From Catajapyx aquilonaris (taxonomy: Eukaryota), in NCBI GenBank assembly GCA_000934665.2, contig JYFJ02003369.1:1-43106 (forward strand): a stretch of DNA of 43,106 bases. The letters are read 5' to 3'. Below the pieces are notes generated by a model, which was given only the letters and a program-made list of their open reading frames with translations, ran no database searches and was not told the DNA's origin. The position numbers and the translations under genes were made by a program. This document shows, in pieces, positions 1 through 8,707 of this stretch. Each line of letters begins with the position of its first letter. The first letter of the stretch is position 1.

Positions 1-1368
1 TATTTCCCAACACTATTCTCACAATCATCACCACCCACACCAGGACACGTCCAAACGACTCCATAACTGCTGGCCCTCTACATCAGCAGACAGTGCACGC
101 CACGTATGCATACGGGTCGCCGCTTGCGTAGGTTGGCATGGTTGGCACAGAATGGGTTAGTCGGCGTAGCATTTCGGAAAAGCACTTTAGCCATACCTTG
201 GCAAATCAGATTGAAAAGAGAGTGGCCGGGCGTAGCACTGGTTCAACAACAAGTCTCGCCTATTGCATTTCCGTCAAATATTAATAATATACACACATCC
301 AAACGACGCCATGTGTGCTGGATCATTCGCAGAATCTGTGCCACGGTTGCGGAATACGGCGTATCATTTCTGAAAAGCACTTAAGCCACAGCCGCATTTC
401 CTTGCCAAATCAGATTTGAAAGAGACTGGCACTATAGCACAACAAACAGCAGGTCTCACCTACTCCATTTCGACCAAATATTTACCGTCCAAGGTTGAAC
501 TTCCCCACAATTCGTTCATCGATTAATATAAAAGATCTGCATAATTTCACAGGATCATTTAAAATATAAAATTATCAATGCATCATTAGAGACTAATATT
601 ACGTGGACGTGCTTGTTATGTGATTATTCTTGAATTTAATTCTAACACGTGATTGTTACCATCACAGTGGAGGAAATTTTCTGCGACGGTCTGTCACCAC
701 TCTATTGTTGTGCTAGGCCTACATCCACCACTCAGAATGACCGTATAGGATCAGAAGGTGACTACTTATAGGCTACGTCAGGGCTCACAACATCGACCCC
801 ATTTTAATCACCCCTAATTTTAGGAAATTTTGATTAAATTAACACTGATATTAAAGATAAGTACTGTGCAGATTCCGCAACCACATATTTATTGATGAAA
901 CCGCTGTTTTTTTATACGATACAAGTACAATATGACGTCCCTTACTCATATATACCATATATGAAATGGTTTCATTTAATATTACACTATCACGTCTATG
1001 AGAGCATGAGCTTTGACAGCATGAACAAACGATTGACAAACACTTGGACATTGCTCTTTACAAGTCAATGAAGTCATTGATTTTGGAGCAAAATGGGCTG
1101 CATTTGTTGGGAGGCGCCGGATATAACTCGAGGCATCAAAATTCTTCTTTACATTCTAATTGAAACGACAGGTGGATCAACGATCTACTTCTCTCTTTCC
1201 TATCTTGCGAACTTCTCACTGTGGGTTGGCTCTTTTTTCAGGTCTTATTAGCAGTGGAAGAGCTTGTTCCTCCTCCGCCATCTCCTGTGGACATGAAATA
1301 CAATGAGAAATATTTTAGAAAATCACATGAATAATGATGTACACTCTCACATGGAGACCTCATTGTCC

Positions 1369-1596
1369 TCAATGCCATCGCGATTCGCATGTGGCTTCAT
1401 GTGCCTCTCTTTCTGCCTCCGGTACGTGGTGAATCGCGTTATACCTGCAGACCACCAGACCAGAGTTTTGGTTCTGACGACGGCACTTGACAAGGTGCCC
1501 TGAGATCTTGGCCTTCAAAATGCGATGGGAGTTGTTGTATGGGCAGGTGACCAACTCCTCACCTCCTGCCAGGGGGAATGGGACAGCAGCAGACAT
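1369..1596 (-). CDS. Gtsf1: Gametocyte-specific factor 1 / Asterix-like protein, 75 aa, two CHHC (U11-48K type) zinc fingers; C-terminally short, possibly truncated or pseudogenic
   Basis: Two C-x5-H-x9-H-x3-C motifs: CPYNNSHRILKAKISGHLVKC and CRYNAIHHVPEAEREAHEATC. TGA follows 5 residues after the second finger. Probable 5' UTR splice donors near 1750 and 1837. Confidence 0.8.
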   Translation of the reverse strand: MSAAVPFPLAGGEELVTCPYNNSHRILKAKISGHLVKCRRQNQNSGLVVCRYNAIHHVPEAEREAHEATCESRWH

Positions 1597-2099
1597 GTCT
1601 GGAGTTGTCGTGTCTTGTTCTGAGTGTTACTCGTTTGGTCTGATGTATTGCTGGGAACTTCTCCTTCAAGTCACTGGGAAAATAATAATCTAGACTCTGG
1701 CTGGCTGTAAGGACATGACATGGCCAGAGTACGGATTGTATCATTCTTACCTTTTAAGTGAACAGATGTGGTGAAATTAGAGGTGACCTAAGAGGACCAC
1801 ACGCAACTAAATCTTACCGACACTACTTGCTCACATACCTTGTTTACTGGCTGAAAAAATTACCATTGCTTAGTAATTGACAATAATTGGGCCAATGTAA
1901 ACATTTTTTACTCTATATAATAATATGATATATATTGCACCAGCAACTATTTCAAAATGTTTCATTGGGCACACCATAATGTAATTAATTATTATATTAC
2001 ACGTAATAGTCACCTCACATTATGAAAAATTATTACTAACAAACTTTGCAGTGCCTTGCATACCTGCATACATAACTGTAAAATTAATTGATATCTTAT

Positions 2100-2900
2100 T
2101 AGTTTACGCAGTCAATCAATAGTTAGTCAATTTAATAGTTAGTTGTTAGTTAATTAATAGTTAATAGTTGGTAATTAGTATAGTTAGTAGTTCGTAATTA
2201 ATTGTTAGTGGAAATTAATCGTTAGTAGAAATAAATCGTTAGTAGTTAGTAATTAATAGTTATAGTAGTTAGTAATTAATAGTTATAGTAATTAGTAATT
2301 AATAGTTATAGTAGTTAGTAATTAATAGTTATAGTAGTTAGTAATTAATAGTTATAGTAATTAGTAATTAATAGTTATAGTAGTTAGTAATTAATAGTTA
2401 TAGTAGTTAGTAATTAATAGTTATAGTAGTTAGTAATTAATAGTTATAGTAGTTAGTAATTAATAGTTAGTATAGTTGATTACCAGTTAGCTAGTAGTTA
2501 ATTAATTAATTATTTATTAATAGTCAGTAGTTAGTTGATTACCAGTTAGCTAGTAGTTAATTAATTAATTATTTATTAATAGTTAGTAGTTAGTTGTTTA
2601 CCAGTTAGCTAGTAGTTAATTGATTTCTTACTAGTAAAGTAATCGAGTGTTAAGTAATAATTGCCAATTAATTAATCAATCAATAGTTAATTAGTTAATT
2701 GATACTTAATCAATCAATCAATAGTTAATTAGTTAATGGATAATTAATCAATCAATTAATAGTTAATTAGTTAATTTATAATAAATAAATAAATAATAAA
2801 TAATAAATTAATTAGCAGCTAATTAATTAGTGGGTAATTAATTAATTGATAATTACTTCAGTACCAGTGGCCGTAATTAATTAATAGTTAACAGTTAGTT
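2100..2900. repeat. AT-rich satellite tract: 23 bp unit (tagtagttagtaattaatagtta) about 10 times at ~2240-2470, then a 59 bp unit about 2.5 times
   Basis: Tandem periodicity is directly visible; taccag recurs at 2481, 2540 and 2599. Confidence 0.9.
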
Positions 2901-3133
2901 ATTTAATTACATTTTTCCAGGTCATAATATGGCACGTTATTCTCAATACACTACTGGAAATACAGTATACTGTGTTATCGATCTTTGGGATCCGTCGCCT
3001 ATAGCCTGCTGTAATTTATTACAAATTATATCCGCGAGTTTGGATTAATTTCTGCGAGTTTACATGTAACAAATTACTCTGATTGAAACACGAATTGCAA
3101 ATAAAATCGGTCTAATTACACCTTTAAAAAAAT

Positions 3134-3136
<3 letters not shown>

Positions 3137-3170
<34 letters not shown>
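3137..3170 (+). repeat. (GA)17 microsatellite upstream of mRpL24
   Basis: Seen directly. Confidence 0.95.
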
Positions 3171-3173
<3 letters not shown>

Positions 3174-3367
3174 TGAGAAGTTCAAAATTTGGCGGCATAT
3201 CCGACGAATGCCAGACGAATTTCATGTTGACAAATCATTAATTTTAAATACACCATTTGGCCAGTTATGTGCTCTAAAATATTGTTTAAAATAAATATCT
3301 ACTTGAATTTATAAACCAAATTAAATTTTAGAAGCGAGATCAGATCGTCTTTTGTTTCAGATCATTT

Positions 3368-3381
3368 CCAAGATGGCCGCC
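3368..3381 (+). promoter_or_regulatory. YY1/Pho-type motif (CAAGATGGCCGCC) in the mRpL24 promoter/5' UTR
   Basis: Matches the AAGATGGCNGC consensus about 80 bp before the start codon of a housekeeping gene. Confidence 0.45.
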
Positions 3382-3454
3382 TCCACGCCTTTTTTTCTGA
3401 TGTGATTTTCTCTCATTTTTTGGGGGCCTAATTATCTCTTAATTACTCAGCAGG

Positions 3455-4906
3455 ATGAGACTTGTTGGTGCTCTACGATGTGTGTCCGACATGACCAAGA
3501 AGTTCTCCAACCTACCAGAGTCATACATCAAACGGTCCATGGAACAGGTACAGATGACTCAAAAAGTTAAAAAAAAGAGTTTGGATTCATACTATAGGAA
3601 CAGACGCTATCGAAACGCGATCGAGACGCGGTTGCGACATGTACATTTGAATTGGAAGGGAGCCGGAGTTGTACTGATCATGCCGTAATGTCATGAGACG
3701 TACATGTACGCAGCCTGCGCAGAATATCTAACGTTACGTTACTTGCAGGTTGAGTGGCGTAATCCAAAGGGTCTGCCGCAGTATCGTGAAGGTGCGGAGA
3801 TCAAGCGGAAGAGGTTCCGGTTCACGTCCAACAGGCCGTGGTCAGACGAGTTTTACCAGCAGAATGCGCCAGGGAGGAACCGCAAGAAGGTGTTTGTGGA
3901 GCCAGTCGGGGAGTGGAGCTTCTTCGTGGGGGACAGGGTTCAGGTGTTGGTTGGACGGGACGCGGGGAAGATAGGGGTCGTGTCGCAGGTTATACAGGAG
4001 CGGAACTGGGTGTATGTCGAGGGCCTGAATTGCCATCTGAGGAGGGTCGGGAAGGATCCGAGGTTGAATTTCCCAGGGGCTGTGGTCAAGTCGGAAGCGC
4101 CGCTTCTTGTGACGAACCAGGTACGTTTGGTGTGTTACGTATGGAGAGCAGGAAGGTAATTTGTTGTCCGCTTACCAGGTGACCCTGATCGATCCGTCGG
4201 ACGATGTACCCACCAAGGTGAAGTGGAGGTACACAGAGTCCGGTGAGAAGGTTAGGGTGTCAGCGAGGACAGGACGGATACTTCCCATTCCAAAGGCTGC
4301 CGAGGAGACTTTCGACTACAAGACTAGAGCGACCTACAAAGGTGAATGGTTTTTCTACTGTACATGTATGCTGCTAAGGTTTATTCAAAGCAATAGCTTG
4401 ACCGGTGTATTACTACTTGCCTAACACCAACATTGCTCTTCCAGGTGGCTCATTAGCATATAAGTCATGCGATTAAAACATGATTCGCTCTCTACTAATT
4501 TGTATATTTGTAATATCGACATTTCTCTCATTACGAGTACTGTAATGACGGATTTACTTAGTATTAATAAGCATAGCCAGAGAATGAAGGAAATAAATTA
4601 TTAATTGGAAAATAACAAATATTGACACAAAAAATCATAATTATGTAAGTATCTTGTACCATTTATTGCAATGAGATGATGTAATATTTTTACCAAATAT
4701 TCAACTGTACATTATATGTGTCCAATTGGTAGGTCTTGCGATATGTAAACCTGAAGCTCCTTCTTTCAGAGTCTGAAAAGGACACGAAAGCAGATCAAGT
4801 TCGAGCCGTGACCTACACACCGGCCCTCTCCACATTCGCAATGGACCTGATGCGGAAGCTGAAGATAGAAGACGACAGAGTCCCCAAATTGACCTATTGG
4901 TATTAG
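3455..4906 (+). CDS. mRpL24: Mitochondrial ribosomal protein L24 (uL24m), 254 aa; exons 3455-3547, 3749-4120, 4179-4341, 4770-4906
   Basis: KOW motif [16 protein letters not shown], then [34 protein letters not shown] and C-terminal TYWY-stop. All introns are GT-AG with consistent phases (765 nt CDS). AATAAA near 4939. Confidence 0.97.
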
Positions 4907-5188
4907 CCTTGTACAATATTGAATGCTCAAGCTCCTCAAATAAATGGTGAGTCATTGACAAGGTATGCAAAATGTAATTTGTTGTTGTATAGAGTATGGT
5001 ATGATCATCGTTATGCTTTCTGCAAGGCTACCCAGTATACATTAATTCCAGTAATATTTTTGTTTCAACGTTTTACCAATTTCAGTGTACATTTTTAATG
5101 ATATCCATCGTAGTGTCACATCAATGGGGCGTACCACTTATTAAATGCACATGTCCATTATTGCACACCTGTAATTATAAATTGTTCG

Positions 5189-6738
5189 TTATTCAATCTT
5201 AGGCTTGACCCTAAGCTTCCAGTACTTGACACCCACTGCGGCCGCAACGACCATTCCCACCGTCAGCAACATGCAGATGACAACCAGCAATGCAACAATG
5301 TCAATCTGGTAGTACTGCACTAGGCTCATCCTGTCTGCGTCTTCGTTCCTGAAGTGCGTATGACCCTTGTGCCTGAAGACGTACTCTGTCCAGTACAACA
5401 GGCGATCCGAACTCTGCATGGGCTGGTCACGTATGTCTTCAGATGCGTGACGAGCACTCTTGCGATACGTGGTGTCTCCGATAATGGTTCTGCAGGTATG
5501 GGCCAGTCCGGTCAAGTTGGAGCGATCTAGAGTCATACCTATGGCTGCCTTGCTTATGCGCTGTGATGTTATCTGCTCGTTGATTGCCGACGGTATGCAG
5601 ATTAAGGGTACTCCGAAAAAGAGTGCGGAGTGTACCTGCGATGGCGAGCATCTCGCGATGAACAGCTTGGTTCTCGGATGGCCTACAAATAATAAGGAGT
5701 TGTGTACATGCTATGTTGCCCACACTGTTACTTACCTAACACATCAGAGTCTGCAAAGTACGTCTTGATCATGACATTTGCAGGTACCACTGTGGTGTTT
5801 GGCACCGTTTCCCAGAGTATGCCGTACTGCAGCTCTTTGAAGGCCAGGACTATTTCGTTGAAGGTACCGTCAGACAATGCGACTTGTGGTGTGTCCACGG
5901 AAATGTAGATGATCCCCTTTGGAAACTGCTGCATGTGCGTCTCAACATCCTGCATTTTCAAGCATGATGGTTAATTGTCCCAAAACCCAAACAATGTACG
6001 TACCTTGGGCAAATCTGCTGGTGGCCTGCAATGCAGTGTACCTACCCTCACTACAAAATCATATACCGGATAAGGAGTCTCAACAGCTGGTTCGGCGTTG
6101 TGGAATATGATCGATACTCTTTTGTACATGTCGTGCAGCTGTGGAACTTCACCCAGGTAGCGACCAAGTACATGTCGCATCGGAGACACGTATGACGAAT
6201 CAACCTCCCTTATGAACTTGATCCACCTCCATGTATTTCGCAGACGACCAAGCAGCCCAGTATCCAAGAGTGTGTCCAGCACAGGTACTGTGGACAATGG
6301 CACCGGCACGCCAGCCTGATGCAACACCCACGTCGCAGACACTGGATCAGGTATCATTCCAATCACACTCATTTTGAACATATGCGCCATGGACAGCAGA
6401 CACATGTCTTCGAGGTACAACGTCGCTATCATGTACGGCACTGTCCTTATCCGGTCAGTCACATTTGAAGCAGACAGCACTGCCTCACAAGACTTGATAG
6501 CCGAACCCTGTACCTCCCCATGAACCAGAACCAAATCTGCAGTACATGTATCCAAAGTGGCAGCCGCCTTGGGATGCACCTGGCCGTAGTACAGCACCAT
6601 GCAATTGTGACCTGCACTAGACAACAACCTTGCCATTTCAGCCAACACAATCTGGTTGTCTCCATACTGCAAAGTGGACAGCAACACCTGCTCTCCATAC
6701 ACTGCACCACACAGCAGTAGCATCAACACCGCCTTCAT
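5189..6738 (-). CDS. UDP-glycosyltransferase (UGT/GT1)-family membrane protein, 480 aa, probably catalytically degenerate; exons 6738-6004, 5949-5736, 5682-5189
   Basis: Signal peptide, AGHNCMVL, GRLRNTW, DVLGHPRTKLFI...GVPLICIP, DQPM...YWTEYVFRHKG, QYYQIDI, a TM helix and a KxKxx tail (KPKIE). Introns of 54 and 53 bp are GT-AG and in phase (1443 nt CDS). Confidence 0.9.
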
Positions 6739-7063
6739 GGTTGAGACTGCCCCATTTTAAAAAAAGAGGTCTGAAGAAGCAAGAAGCAGACGGGGAAGGT
6801 CGAATGACCTTTGGGAAGTGGAAACATACCAGATGTGCCATGTTGCCATGTGTTTAAGACAAGGATGCACTGCCACAAAAATAATGATACGCTTTTATTG
6901 CTTTTACATATGCAATATGTTTTGATTATTAGTCTTGAACTTAATTACAATGAAAATTAAATTCAAAATTAAAATAGGAAGTGAAGTTACATTAAAATAG
7001 TTTTAAACGTTGCTGAAAAGCAGCCTAAATTGAATTGATATAACAGTAATAATTTTGAAAATT

Positions 7064-7225
7064 GGGTTCTCTCCGTGTTCGTGTGGGTTTTCTCCGGGCT
7101 CTCCTGTTTCGGCGCACAAAAAAAAAATCCATCACATTACAGGATAATAATTAAAGTTGGTGAATTAAAAGATGATCCCCTAAAAGGCCCAAGGAGGTCG
7201 ATCACGCGGTATCCATTATTTATTA
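7064..7225 (+). mobile_element. 5'-truncated SINE fragment with a V-SINE-like central domain
   Basis: gttctctccgtgttcgtgtgggttttctccgggctctcctgtttc resembles the recalled V-domain core GTTCTCCCCGTGTCTGCGTGGGTTTTCTCCGGGTACTCCGGTTTC. It ends in an AT-rich tail. Confidence 0.6.
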
Positions 7226-7229
7226 ATCA

Positions 7230-7360
7230 TTAATATTGAAAATTAAACTTACATTAAACAATATTGAAAATTAAATTAAACGTACCAGTACATCAAACAA
7301 TTTTGAAAATTAAATTAAACGTACTAGTACATCAAACAATATTGAAAATTAAATTTAATT
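7230..7360. repeat. 39 bp tandem repeat, about 3 copies
   Basis: aacaatattgaaaattaaattaaacgtac(c/t)agtacatca is repeated. Confidence 0.8.
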
Positions 7361-8513
7361 AATTAGCATGCTGACTATAAGATAAAATCCTTTTCCTATG
7401 AACAGCAGTGGTCGACAAGGATGATTCCAACCTGAAACGCAAACTAAATAAGTCTGCAAGGTCTTCATACTTTTTTTTATCCAACGGACAGTTATCGTAT
7501 TATGAAGTACGGTTTATTCCATAAATATCACTTGTTTATTTACAACATACTTTTTCTTATTAAAATACAACAAGGAGACCATTACACCAAGGTTGACGTT
7601 TCGGTGACGTTTACTAAGGAAAACGCGTGTCTGTCGCGTGTTTAAAGGAGTTCATTATATCCCACCTTCATTTAAATTTTTTTTCTTCTTCGTTACGTCA
7701 TACTAATTACCTTCATGCCTCCCCCTTCCCCCCCCCCATCCTTCAATTGCTGAGCTTTATTTTTGTGTAATTCCCGCTTGGCGCCTTCCTATTGGCTAGG
7801 GGGACTTGGTGGATCTTGATTGGCCAACTTCTTATCAAGTATAGGGGGTTGAACTCCAGTTAAAAATTAAAAACGGGAGGTTAGGAGATGAAGGATTTTT
7901 TTTTTTGGAGGGGAGGGGGGAGAGGACGATAGGTAGAGGGTAGGAAAGAAATAACCAGCGTTACCAGCTTCTGATTGGTTCAAATTGTACAATTAGCGGA
8001 GCCACATTTACTGCCATTTCTAATTAGGGCTAACGGGCTGTAAATGAGGCGCCTATTGGCTTTTAAATTTTGAGCAAAAACTGGTAACGATTTTTTTTTT
8101 ATATATGCCGAACAAAATTAGCAGGAAAATTATTTTTTTTTAGTTTTTTTTTTAGTAAATACTACCGCGCGTCCATATTTTTTTCCTTCCATTTTTTTTG
8201 GAAACAATCGCGTCACTGCACTGGTCTTTTTTTTCTTTTTTTTTTAAATCTGAGCAACACTTTTTTTTTCGTTCCTGAACTAACTGTAAATACAAACAAG
8301 GTTCTGGCGATCTGCCGAATTTTTTTTAGGGTCATGTTCCCCTATAAGTCCGGTTCTAGATCCTATATTAGGGTTGACTGATCAACATTTTTTCCCCCGT
8401 CCTATGTCCGGGTCGGATTTATTTTTTATTTTTTTCACTCACTCGCGCACTCACACTGCGGCCATTTTGTTTGCGTGGCCGCCATTTTTGAAGCGGCCGC
8501 CATCTTGATCGGT

Positions 8514-8707
8514 CTACGTGGCTTCCCAGAGAGAGCGCAGTAGGCCTAGCCCTAGGCCTAGGGCTAAGAGGCCGGCGAGGGACGTGGATGACCTTGTGGA
8601 TGAGGTGCTGGCCAAGGTGACCAACGCCCAGAGGCCCATGGGCGCCTGGAAGATCCGGAGCGCCGAAGAGCCGTTCTTGCCGTGCTGCATGGCCGCCGGA
8701 TGCTCGC
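8514..8707 (-). CDS. Terminal dpr exon (GEHPAAMQ...LAGLLALGLGLGLLRSLWEAT-stop), putative GPI-anchor signal
   Basis: The canonical Dpr GEHPAAMQ motif is in phase 1, preceded by TACTAAC, a pyrimidine tract and a GAG acceptor. Confidence 0.88.

Noticed and set aside
1000..1090. SECIS candidate (ATGA...AAA) downstream of the Gtsf1 TGA codons
   Set aside because: Spacing is off and the 3' strand lacks the GA quartet partner and a full helix II.
4907..5188. Possible overlapping 3' UTRs of convergent mRpL24 and the UGT-like gene
   Set aside because: Each gene has its own nearby AATAAA (about 4939 plus, about 5140 minus), so overlap is not required; this is an ordinary compact arrangement.
7590..7650. 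Penelope/hammerhead-like cgaaacgtc words
   Set aside because: There is no CTGANGA core at the right position.
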